64,000 nucleotides of DNA, taken from assembly GCA_963666285.1 (NCBI GenBank), contig OY762711.1. One strand, written 5' to 3'. The translations under genes were made by a program, and so were the position numbers. The notes under the pieces were generated by a model. It was not told the DNA's origin. It saw nothing but the letters and a program-made list of their open reading frames with translations, and did not search any database. The stretch comes from Sedimentisphaerales bacterium. GTDB lineage: Bacteria; Planctomycetota; Phycisphaerae; Sedimentisphaerales; SM23-30. Positions 28,529-37,308 of the stretch are shown one piece after another (within the stretch, counting starts at the first letter, position 1; each line of letters opens with the position of its first letter).

Positions 28529-29955
28529 GTAAACTTTCGCATTTTTTATAGTGTATTTAAGCCGCTGGAGCCAGAGCATCCAGCAGAAACGTATATTTTT
28601 TATCATGAACGGCCGAATTACCGAACATATATTTAATTCTTTCACTCCAAAGTTCCCTTCGGAGGTCAGCGATAGCATCGGCGAAGCTCGGAGTCTCTTT
28701 GTGTTGATACCATGGCTGAACAAAGAAGTATTGTTCATTGGGTTTCTTGGTCAGATACCTCAACCAGACCATCGAGTACAGCCAGAGTCCAAGACCAGCG
28801 GCTCTTTCTGGTCCTTTGCCCTTATATGTCTGCAGCTGTTGAACACCGAGCAGCTGTTTAGTGTTCTTGAACGTATCTTCAATAGCCCAGCGATCGGCAT
28901 AACAGGTCAAAACTTCCTCAGGCGCCATAGTAATATCTGTCGTAAAGAAAAAGTCATCTTTTTCCTTACCTTCAGGGTCTCTACATATAACAACAAGGAT
29001 TGGTTTGCGAGTTACCTTATACCAGAGAGCAATACGAGTATAAACCAGCCTTTCAATAATCGTACCTCTCTGACTAAACTCAACTGTTCTCCAATTTCTG
29101 ATATGGGCAGCCATTTTTTCCAACTTAGCCAGTTTTTGCCCTCTACAGCGAGGTCTGCCACGGGTTTTCTCTTTAACTTTAGGCGGCAGCTCAAACAGAT
29201 CGGCATTACGCCTGATTCGAGAGATAATGGTAACATTCTCAAGATTCTTTCCAGCCAGAGTAGCATAAAACCCGTCTGCTACAAGCCTTATACGCCTGTT
29301 TGGAAGCCATTGGCATATTTCATTAATGATTTGTACCGCCAGTTCAATCAAGGATTCTTCTCCTTTGCGATGCAACCGCATATTGACCGGCAGTGCCAGA
29401 GGTTCGCCACCCCAAGATGGTTGAATTTGCAGACACGTTACTACCAAATTCAAACCCCAGGCATATACTATTCTTTTCTTGGTAGAACGAACGGCATCTC
29501 TCCAGAATCCGGCTCCATGGACTTTTGGACCGCTTCGATGAAACAGGGTGTCGTCCATGGACAGAGTGATTGTTCCTTTGGGACAGAATCTTTGAACCAT
29601 AATCAGGGTGAGCATCTTCCACATCCGGCTCAGAGACCAGCGGCAATCTGGAAAGAAACGATGATATGCATCGTGAGCTCGTTCGCCCAGCGGGTCTGCG
29701 TAGGGTATTATGCCTGTTATCGTGCGGCGAGTAGTGCACAATATCCAACCAATTACCACCCGGCAGAAGATTTGTGCCCCCGGCTCTGTAAAAATTGGAA
29801 AAAATTGTTGAATAAATTGCGTCCATGTCGAATAATATTGATAGTACATATCGGCCTCCGTGTCCTATTGTTATCAATCATTAAAGACATCGGATCGCCG
29901 ATATTTTTTTGTTTATATTTTCAAATTTTAACCCTCAAAAAGTGCGAAAGTTTAC
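28529..29955 (-). mobile_element. IS701-like insertion sequence (1427 bp)
   Basis: Inverted repeats GTAAACTTTCGCATTTTTT / AAAAAGTGCGAAAGTTTAC; direct repeat TAGAA (28524-28528, 29956-29960). Confidence 0.92.
28557..29849 (-). CDS. DDE transposase (IS701/DDE_5-like)
   Basis: LSMDDTL, LVADGFY, YADRWAIEDTFKNTKQLLG. Confidence 0.9.
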   Translation of the reverse strand: MYYQYYSTWTQFIQQFFPIFTEPGAQIFCRVVIGWILCTTRRTITGIIPYADPLGERAHDAYHRFFPDCRWSLSRMWKMLTLIMVQRFCPKGTITLSMDDTLFHRSGPKVHGAGFWRDAVRSTKKRIVYAWGLNLVVTCLQIQPSWGGEPLALPVNMRLHRKGEESLIELAVQIINEICQWLPNRRIRLVADGFYATLAGKNLENVTIISRIRRNADLFELPPKVKEKTRGRPRCRGQKLAKLEKMAAHIRNWRTVEFSQRGTIIERLVYTRIALWYKVTRKPILVVICRDPEGKEKDDFFFTTDITMAPEEVLTCYADRWAIEDTFKNTKQLLGVQQLQTYKGKGPERAAGLGLWLYSMVWLRYLTKKPNEQYFFVQPWYQHKETPSFADAIADLRRELWSERIKYMFGNSAVHDKKYTFLLDALAPAA

Positions 29956-30152
29956 TAGAAACCTCATTAAATAATTATACTAATTGGTCTGATTCAATTT
30001 CTTCAGGCAGATATCATTTAATTACTATCTCAAAGGAAGGATTTCAGACATGGACAAGGAAAGTAGAGTTCACTTCTGATTTAACTATTACAGCAAAATT
30101 AAATTCTGAAATTGGAACAAGGAATATTGCTCAATAAAGGAGAAATATATAT

Positions 30153-30548
30153 ATGGGAATATTAAACAAAAACTTTATAGAAGATAAGGATTTTATCCTT
30201 AAAAGGAATCTAGCAAGAATTGACAAGATAAACAGGGTTCTCTATTCAAAAATTAAAAATATGATTAAAACAAGTTTTAATTTAGTGTGGGATAATCCTG
30301 AAGGTCTAACTCCTCAAGAAATCTTAGATGGTTTTGGAACTGATGCAGGAGAATTATTTATTTTTTCCGCACAAATGCAAACATTATTATTAACTGTTAA
30401 TCCTGATTATGAGTTCCTAACTCCTCCTTACAACTATGTTATCAATCCTGATGGAACTGTTACAGTAGGAGAAAAGATAGAAGAAGATAATCCTTCTGAT
30501 ATTACTGAGGAACTTGAGCCTGAGATAGTGGAGGAAGATATTATTTAA
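30153..30548 (+). CDS. Hypothetical phage protein
   Basis: RBS; WDNPEGLTPQEILDGFGTDA...INPDGTVTV; acidic tail. Confidence 0.7.
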   Translation: MGILNKNFIEDKDFILKRNLARIDKINRVLYSKIKNMIKTSFNLVWDNPEGLTPQEILDGFGTDAGELFIFSAQMQTLLLTVNPDYEFLTPPYNYVINPDGTVTVGEKIEEDNPSDITEELEPEIVEEDII

Positions 30549-30991
30549 TGAAAGTTAAGGGATTAAAAGAACTAGAGAAGAAACTAAAGAGGATGGAAAA
30601 AAAGGATGCAAAGAAGGCAGTAAGAAAAGGTGTTAGGGAAGCTCAGAAGATAACACAAAAGGTAGCTAAGTCTAATTCTCAATCTATGGTTGGTGGAGAA
30701 ATGGGACAAAAGATTTCTGGTGCTCTAAAGGTTAAACCTATTAACAAACAAAAGAAGGGTTATTATGCTCTTCAGGTTGGAATAGACCCTAATAAATCTG
30801 ATGAGTTTGTTCATATTACAGAAGATGGAACTCGTTATTATATTCCTACTGCAATTGAATATGGACACAGGAAACAAGGAGGAGGGACCGTCCCTGCTAT
30901 ACCTTTTATGAAAAAGGCTTCAGATGAAACTGAGCAACAGAGAATAAAGAAAATGGTCCAGGTTATTAAAAAAGAAGTTGAGAAAAAGTAA
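30548..30991 (+). CDS. HK97 gp10-family neck/tail completion protein
   Basis: MKVKGLKELEKKL...IEYGH...PAIPFMKKA. Confidence 0.88.
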   Translation: MKVKGLKELEKKLKRMEKKDAKKAVRKGVREAQKITQKVAKSNSQSMVGGEMGQKISGALKVKPINKQKKGYYALQVGIDPNKSDEFVHITEDGTRYYIPTAIEYGHRKQGGGTVPAIPFMKKASDETEQQRIKKMVQVIKKEVEKK

Positions 30992-31750
30992 ATGTTAGAA
31001 ATAGCCTTATATAACTTATTATCTTCAGATACTACTATTGAAGGGATAGTAGGAGAAAAGATTTATCCTATTTTAGCAGATGAATCTGTAAGAGAGCCTT
31101 ATATAGTTTATCAGGTTTTAACTACTTCTCCTACTCATACATTAACTGATTCTGTTGATTTGGTTAAAGCAAGTGTTCAAGTTTCCTGTTGGACTGATTC
31201 ATATTATGACAGTCTAACATTGTCTCAAGCTGTAAGGGATGCACTAGATAATTATTCAGATTTGGAAAATCCTTCCATGGGAGAAGATTATTTTCAATGT
31301 ATTCATTTAGAAGATGAGGGAGATTTATTCGATTATAACAAGGGTGTTGATAAATCTAAGAAATTCGGGAGAAGATTAAACTTTTCTGTTTGGTATAACA
31401 GGAATGTTAGCCTAGAAGGAAGGACATTCTTAACATATGGAACTGATGGAAATTATTTAGTTGCTAATATTGAAACAGTTACAAATGATTATTCTATTAG
31501 TGAGGATGATTATACTATTTTAGTTAATTGTTCTTCTGGTCCAATTACTTTAACACTTCCTTCTTCTCCTGTACAAGGGCAAGTTTTTGTCATAAAGATG
31601 ATAGATAGTTCAGGGGGAATATGCACAATTCAAGGTAATGGGAAAATGATAGATGGTTCTTCTTCATTTTTGATATTAACCACCTTAAAAGCATTGACCA
31701 TTCAATATGATGAAAATTATGAATGGGCAGTTATAAATAGCACAAATTAA
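30992..31750 (+). CDS. Tail terminator (DUF3168-like) with an extra C-terminal beta domain
   Basis: ALYNLL...KIYP...PYIVY...VQVSCW...AVRDALD; extension ILVNCSSGPITLTLP...IDG. Confidence 0.8.
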   Translation: MLEIALYNLLSSDTTIEGIVGEKIYPILADESVREPYIVYQVLTTSPTHTLTDSVDLVKASVQVSCWTDSYYDSLTLSQAVRDALDNYSDLENPSMGEDYFQCIHLEDEGDLFDYNKGVDKSKKFGRRLNFSVWYNRNVSLEGRTFLTYGTDGNYLVANIETVTNDYSISEDDYTILVNCSSGPITLTLPSSPVQGQVFVIKMIDSSGGICTIQGNGKMIDGSSSFLILTTLKALTIQYDENYEWAVINSTN

Positions 31751-31822
31751 AGAAGGACTTTTTTAAGTTCTTCAGAATATAAGATTGAGAAAATTGAGTT
31801 ATCCTTTTAGGAGGGATTTTAC

Positions 31823-32218
31823 ATGGCAAGTTCAGGCACACATGGACACGGAACAACTCTATCAGGTTCATCATTAGGAACAGTTGGAGAAGTTATAGAT
31901 ATTGATTTGGGTGGAATTGAAGCAACTGATATAGATTTAGGTTCTATGGATTCAACAGACAAGTATAAAGATTTTATTTCTGGGATGATAGATGCGGGAG
32001 AAATATCTTTTAACTGTATTTATGACAAAACACAGGCTTCTTCTCTATATGGAGCAGTTGGGACTAGTGATACATTCACAGTTACTTTCCCAGATAGTGC
32101 TACTTTTGTAGCTTCAGGTTATGTAAAGAATGTAGGAACTACTATTCCATTTGAAGACAAGATAGAACAATCAGTGACTATTAAAATAAGTGGGAAACCT
32201 ACTTTTTCAGTAAGTTAA
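31823..32218 (+). CDS. Tail tube (major tail) protein
   Basis: KDFISGMIDAGEISF...VTFPD...SVTIKISGKP; position before the chaperone genes. Confidence 0.85.
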   Translation: MASSGTHGHGTTLSGSSLGTVGEVIDIDLGGIEATDIDLGSMDSTDKYKDFISGMIDAGEISFNCIYDKTQASSLYGAVGTSDTFTVTFPDSATFVASGYVKNVGTTIPFEDKIEQSVTIKISGKPTFSVS

Positions 32219-32244
32219 CAATTAAATAAAAAGGGAGATTTAGA

Positions 32245-32583
32245 ATGTCACTAAGAGACAAGATTTTGAGTGTAAAAGATTTTGAGTTAGTAGAAGTTGA
32301 GGTTCCTGAATGGGAAGTTTCTATTTATCTGAAACCTATTTCAGGAATGAAAAGAGCAAAGCTAGAATCTATGAACAACAACAATAAACCTCTTGAAACT
32401 ATTATGATGAGTTTATTAGTTGATTCTATTGTTGATGAGAATGGGAACCAAGTCTTCACTGATGAAGATATAGAGAAATTAGGGAATAAGAATTCCAAAG
32501 TTATTTATAGAATCTTCACAGAAGCCTTAACTGTTTCAGGTTTAAGTGATAAAGAAATTGAGGAACTTGAAAAAAACTTATAA
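32245..32583 (+). CDS. Tail assembly chaperone (gpG-like)
   Basis: VEVPEW...IVDENGNQVF...ELEKN; ends in slippery heptamer A AAA AAC. Confidence 0.85.
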   Translation: MSLRDKILSVKDFELVEVEVPEWEVSIYLKPISGMKRAKLESMNNNNKPLETIMMSLLVDSIVDENGNQVFTDEDIEKLGNKNSKVIYRIFTEALTVSGLSDKEIEELEKNL

Positions 32584-32906
32584 ACAGTCCATTCAGAAAG
32601 TTTTGTTTCATGTTGGCTTCCCATTTGAAAATGACTTTTAAAGAGTTGTTAGAAAGAATGGACAGCAGAGAACTTTCTGAGTGGATGGCTTATTATAACT
32701 TGGAACCTTTTGGAGAAGAGAGAGCAGATATAAGACAAGGTATAACTAGTTGTGTTATGGCTAATTCTTTTTCAAATAAAAAACATAAGATTGATGATTT
32801 CATCCCTAAGTTTAGACAACAAAGAAAAGAACCTAAAGACTGGGAAACAATGAAGGCAATGTTACAGGGATTCACAGAATTATATAACAAGGGAAAAATA
32901 AAATAA
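32577..32906 (+). CDS. Frameshifted chaperone extension (gpGT-like), -1 frame
   Basis: The -1 frame is open from the slippery site (LINSPFRKFCFMLA...MDSRELSEWMAYYNLEPFGEERAD). Confidence 0.8.
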   Translation, partial: LINSPFRKFCFMLASHLKMTFKELLERMDSRELSEWMAYYNLEPFGEERADIRQGITSCVMANSFSNKKHKIDDFIPKFRQQRKEPKDWETMKAMLQGFTELYNKGKIK

Positions 32907-34301
32907 ATGGCAACAGTTTCAACATTACTAGTTAACCTCAAGGCAGGAACAGCGGCATTTCAAAAAGGAATGAAGAAGGCTAATAATACCCTTGGGAAGT
33001 TTGGAATGTTATCTAAGGGAGTTGGAGGAACAGTAACTAAGTCTTTTGCTGTTATGGGAGCTGCAGCTATAGGAGCAGGAGTAGCTCTTTCTTTCCCTAT
33101 TAAGAATTCCATGGCAGCCATAGACAAGATTTCTAAAATGTCTTCAGAATTAGATATTTCTACTGAAGCCTTGGGAGGTCTTGAACATGCTGCGCAAATA
33201 ACAGGAGCCTCTCTTCCTGATTTGCATAAGGGAATGCAAATAATGATTAGAAGGCTTGGAGAAGCAAAACAGGGATTAGGTGAAGCTAGACATGGACTAA
33301 CTACGCTTGGACTTACTACAGAGCAATTAGACAAGATGAACACTGAAGATAAGTTTAAGGCTATCTCTGAAGGTATCTCAAAGCTTCCAACTGTTACAGA
33401 TAAGGCTCAAGCGGCTTATGCAATGTTTGGAAGACAGGGAATGAATATGTTAAATACTCTTAATCTTGGAGCAGATGGTATAAATGCTTTGCAACAAGAG
33501 GCTGAGGAATTAGGTTTAACATTCAGTAGATTTGAGGGAGGACAAGTAGAAGAAGCTAATGATGCTTTTACTAGGTTGAGAAACTTAATAAAAGGTATAA
33601 CTCAGAGAATAACTATAGCCTTGGCTCCTTACTTACAACTTGTTTCTGATTCTTTGACAAACATGGGTAAGAATGGAGTTATTTCTGTTGATACTATTTC
33701 CCAAAAAATGAAATTCTTAGTTAAGATATTTGATATAGCAGTTAGGGCTATAAATGGGATGAAATCTGCATTTCATGCAGTAGCAGGAATATTTTATAAA
33801 TCTATCTCTTTCATTGCAGAAGGTTTTCATAACCTCCTTGATACTATTGCATGGGCTTTAGAAAAATTGGGAAAAGATGAATGGGCTAATAAACTTAGAA
33901 ATAGTTTTGCTTCTAATTTCTCAGATGGACTAGCAAAAGAGTTTGATGAAATGGCTTCTTCAAGATTTGATAAAGCAGGGAAAAAGTTCTCAGATATGAT
34001 AGGAGAAGGTTCTGTTAAAGGAATAGAAGAACAATTAAAAAAGAATGCTGATAAGGTTAAAAAAGCAGTTGGACCTAAAGATATAAATACAGATTTTGAA
34101 CCAGGTTCAAGAGTTAAATCTAAAAAGGCTTCTGCTTTAACATATTCTTCTGCTCTAATTTCAGTGAAAGCTTTATCAGGTTCTTCAGTTACAGACCCAC
34201 AAACTAAGGAACTAAAAAAGAATTATAGTGAGAACAAGAGAACAGCAGATAATACTGCAAAAATAGCTAATGGTCTTGGGAAAATAGGATTAGCGGTTTA
34301 A
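32907..34301 (+). CDS. Tape measure protein (short, 464 aa)
   Basis: MATVSTLLVNLKAGTAAFQKG; Ala/Gly-rich helical sequence; directly after G/GT. Confidence 0.88.
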   Translation: MATVSTLLVNLKAGTAAFQKGMKKANNTLGKFGMLSKGVGGTVTKSFAVMGAAAIGAGVALSFPIKNSMAAIDKISKMSSELDISTEALGGLEHAAQITGASLPDLHKGMQIMIRRLGEAKQGLGEARHGLTTLGLTTEQLDKMNTEDKFKAISEGISKLPTVTDKAQAAYAMFGRQGMNMLNTLNLGADGINALQQEAEELGLTFSRFEGGQVEEANDAFTRLRNLIKGITQRITIALAPYLQLVSDSLTNMGKNGVISVDTISQKMKFLVKIFDIAVRAINGMKSAFHAVAGIFYKSISFIAEGFHNLLDTIAWALEKLGKDEWANKLRNSFASNFSDGLAKEFDEMASSRFDKAGKKFSDMIGEGSVKGIEEQLKKNADKVKKAVGPKDINTDFEPGSRVKSKKASALTYSSALISVKALSGSSVTDPQTKELKKNYSENKRTADNTAKIANGLGKIGLAV

Positions 34302-34310
34302 GGAGGGATA

Positions 34311-35126
34311 ATGGCAACAGTTAATTGGAACTTAATAGAAGGTGAGACTGCAACTCTAAATAGAGAAGGATGGACAGCAACAAGAGGGATAATAGTTTCT
34401 GATATAGGTTCTTCCTATGAAGGACAGGAAAAAATATATAGAGGTTTTCAATCTCTTGGAGTAGAAATAGGTGAGCGTCATCCTACTTATCCTTATTCTT
34501 ATCTTCAATCTGTTTCAGGGACAGCTTTATCTAGTGACATAGTTAAATATGATTTAACTTATGAACCTATGAAAAATGTTCCTCCTGAAATAACTGTTTC
34601 AGGTAAATTAGCTTCAGTTCAAACTAATTTAGATGTTTCAGGGGACCCTATAACAGTTAGTTATACTTTTCCTAGTGACTATAAACATGACCCAAACAGG
34701 GCTAATCAAACTGACACAGTAACAAAACAATTAAATAAAAGTATCCCTTCTGCAACTATTACAGTTAAAAGAAGGGAAATAATAACAGGTTCTCAATTAG
34801 CTGAGAGAGCCTTATATTATGAAGGAACTGTTAATAATTCAGGATGGAATATAAGACCTTATGATGATGCTAACACTTGGATGTGTTCAACTATAGACGG
34901 TCAATTAGCAGGCTATATACTAGATGGTTCTTTATATTATGTATATGATACTGTTTATGTATGGGAGTATCAGTCTGAAGGATGGAATCAGAAGATTATA
35001 TATGTGGACCCTAATACTGGGGACCCTGTTCCACCTGATGCAGAAGGGAATTATCCTCCTGAGACTAATAAAGAAGTTATATTATATCCTCAGATAGATT
35101 TTAGCCCTCTAACGATAGATTTATAA
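34311..35126 (+). CDS. Putative tail tip/hub protein
   Basis: Follows the tape measure gene; beta-rich; GERHP motif. Function inferred from position only. Confidence 0.55.
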   Translation: MATVNWNLIEGETATLNREGWTATRGIIVSDIGSSYEGQEKIYRGFQSLGVEIGERHPTYPYSYLQSVSGTALSSDIVKYDLTYEPMKNVPPEITVSGKLASVQTNLDVSGDPITVSYTFPSDYKHDPNRANQTDTVTKQLNKSIPSATITVKRREIITGSQLAERALYYEGTVNNSGWNIRPYDDANTWMCSTIDGQLAGYILDGSLYYVYDTVYVWEYQSEGWNQKIIYVDPNTGDPVPPDAEGNYPPETNKEVILYPQIDFSPLTIDL

Positions 35127-35147
35127 TAAGGAAAAAGGGAGAAATAA

Positions 35148-36614
35148 ATGATTAAAAGATTCAGAAGAGGAGGAACAGAAGAAGCCCTTAATAACCTGAA
35201 TAAGATGGTTGATACTTGTAATGATTATAATAATGTATCAACTAATCAGGGTTCTTTGTCACCTTTTAAATCTTCCCCGAAAATATATTATGGGAGAATA
35301 GTTACAGAACTAGGAGATGATGGTTATTTCCTTGGGACTTTTTTTGATGGAATGGGAAATCCTGTTTTAGATGATTCTCCATTCTATGAACAGCCTATCT
35401 ATTGTTGTATAAGTGAACAGCCTAATGTAGAAATAGAAAATGTTTTTGTTGCTATTAGGAACCCATACAATTATGAATGGTATTGTTTGGCTATTTATCC
35501 TGCCGAATATGAATCTTCTATCTCTTCTTCTATTAGTGAGAGTTGGAGTTCAGAGAGTGGCTCAAGTGACACAGAAAGCTCTGAGACTCAATCTAAGAGT
35601 AGTTCAGTTAGTTCTGATAGTTCTATTACCTCTGAGAGTGATAGTAGCACAGAGGAGACTTCATTTAGCTCAGAATCAACTTCAGATAGTTCTTTTGATA
35701 CTTCAGATAGTTCTGATGGGACAAGTGATTCTTCTGTAACTTCATCAGGCTCATCTTATGAAACCTCTGATAGTAGTTCAGGGGGAACTTCAGATAGTTC
35801 ATTTGAAACATCAGGAAGCAGTTCAGAAGGTACTAGTGAAAGCAGTTTTGAGACTTCTGATTCATCATATGAGACTTCAGGCAGTAGCACAGAAGTTAGT
35901 TCAGGCTCTTCAGATGTAACAAGTGGAAGTTCATATGAGACTTCAGGAAGCTCTGATGAAACTAGTGGTTCATCCTACGAAACTTCAGACTCTTCTGATG
36001 CTACAAGTGGGAGCAGCACACAAGATAACTCATCCTCTGAAAACTCTAATACAGAAAACTCTGTAACAGAAGATTCTCACTCATTTAGTTCTATAAGTGA
36101 GGGTAGTTTAACATTTATATCTCTTTCAGGTTCCTCAGAATCTTGGGATGATAGTTCTAGTTCTTCAGATAATAGTTCTTCTTCTGATGATTCTTCGGGA
36201 AGTAGCACAGATAGTTCAGGCTCATCAGATGGTAGTTCAGGAAGCTCAGACTCATCAGGTTCTTCAGAAAGTTCAGGTAGTAGTGATGGTAGTTCAGGTT
36301 CTTCAGGCAGTTCAGATAGTTCAAACTCTTCTAACTCATCAGGCAGTTCTGATAGTTCTGATGATGCTTCTACACCACCTCCTCCACCTCCTTCTTCAGA
36401 TGAACCTCATCATCATCATTTAGGATTGTTTATATTTAGAATATTTACAGAAGAAGAAAAACAAGAAATATATGCAAGATGTAAAGATGCTCTAAAAGAT
36501 GTTAAAAAAGAGGACATGGAAGATAAGCTAATTGAATTAGTTATAAACAATAAACTTACTGCTGATGAAGCCTTAATTGTAGCAATAAAGGAAGGTATAG
36601 CAATTGACTCTTAA
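35148..36614 (+). CDS. Mucin-like Ser-rich protein at the tail-tip/fibre position
   Basis: ~120-aa globular N-terminus, ~285-aa Ser/Thr/Glu/Asp/Gly tract, PPPPPP and HHHH, helical C-terminus. Confidence 0.8.
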   Translation: MIKRFRRGGTEEALNNLNKMVDTCNDYNNVSTNQGSLSPFKSSPKIYYGRIVTELGDDGYFLGTFFDGMGNPVLDDSPFYEQPIYCCISEQPNVEIENVFVAIRNPYNYEWYCLAIYPAEYESSISSSISESWSSESGSSDTESSETQSKSSSVSSDSSITSESDSSTEETSFSSESTSDSSFDTSDSSDGTSDSSVTSSGSSYETSDSSSGGTSDSSFETSGSSSEGTSESSFETSDSSYETSGSSTEVSSGSSDVTSGSSYETSGSSDETSGSSYETSDSSDATSGSSTQDNSSSENSNTENSVTEDSHSFSSISEGSLTFISLSGSSESWDDSSSSSDNSSSSDDSSGSSTDSSGSSDGSSGSSDSSGSSESSGSSDGSSGSSGSSDSSNSSNSSGSSDSSDDASTPPPPPPSSDEPHHHHLGLFIFRIFTEEEKQEIYARCKDALKDVKKEDMEDKLIELVINNKLTADEALIVAIKEGIAIDS

Positions 36615-37308
36615 AAGCTTGCTTAAATTAGCTAGCTATAAGGGAACTGATTTTTTTGATAAAGAATCTATTGGTTTAATAGCTAGAGGACCTTCTTCTA
36701 AGGCTATAGAGGAATGTAATAATAAGTTTAACCATTGTTTCTTGGCGGGAGAGTTTAATAACAACATAGATAAAATAGGAGTGTATCTAAAGAATAAAGA
36801 TATAGTTTTGAGTATTGTTCAGACAGGAAGATATAGAACTCCTCCTGATAAGTGTAAAAGATATAATATTAAAAATGTTCAAATAATTCACCAATATGGA
36901 ACCTCAAATTATTATGAGAGTGTGAAAAGATTTTTAGACATTAAAGTAGTGGGATATACAGAACATCAGGTATTAGAAGCAAAAGAAATATTTAAAGAAG
37001 ATATGGAATGTAAATATGGGATATGGACAACAGGGATAGCTGGTCTTTTCCATGCTTCATATTTTAGACCTAAGAAATTATATGTTATGGGAATAGATTT
37101 CTATAATGAAGATAAGGATAAATATTCAATCCCTGAGGACCATGATATCTTAGATGATACTGTAGAAATATCTGCTGAAAGAATGAGAGATGGAATGTTA
37201 AAGAATTTCTATTCTATATGTGATTTCTATTCAGATGTTGAATATATAGTCTATACAACATTCCCAGGAATTAAGAGTGGGAAAAACATAAAAGTTATAG
37301 AAATATAA
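36604..37308 (+). CDS. Cst-II (GT42)/Maf-like nonulosonic-acid transferase-like protein
   Basis: IGLIARGPSS (compare IAGNGPSL) and TTGIAGLFHASYFRPKKLYVMGIDFY (compare TSGVYM...GYKEIYLSGIDFY). Confidence 0.6.
   Translation: MTLKSLLKLASYKGTDFFDKESIGLIARGPSSKAIEECNNKFNHCFLAGEFNNNIDKIGVYLKNKDIVLSIVQTGRYRTPPDKCKRYNIKNVQIIHQYGTSNYYESVKRFLDIKVVGYTEHQVLEAKEIFKEDMECKYGIWTTGIAGLFHASYFRPKKLYVMGIDFYNEDKDKYSIPEDHDILDDTVEISAERMRDGMLKNFYSICDFYSDVEYIVYTTFPGIKSGKNIKVIEI

Larger units (their letters stand above)
27263..30137 (+). pseudogene. Beta-helix protein with C-terminal carboxypeptidase-regulatory/Ig-like domain, interrupted by an IS (27263-28528 + 29961-30137 = 480 aa)
   Basis: Parallel beta-helix-like repeats; LTVEDVSGNPIEGASITI...ITISKEGFQT. 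Removing the IS restores ...VEKIETSLNNY... in frame. Confidence 0.8.

Noticed and set aside
28551..30137. 528-aa phage protein
   Set aside because: Mostly the antisense frame of the transposase; only the last ~58 codons belong to the interrupted phage gene. Kept only as an antisense-ORF observation.
25880..36360. Diversity-generating retroelement or DNA-level tandem repeats in the Ser-rich genes
   Set aside because: No reverse transcriptase and no TR/VR pair differing at adenines. Codons vary freely, so the repetition is at the protein level.
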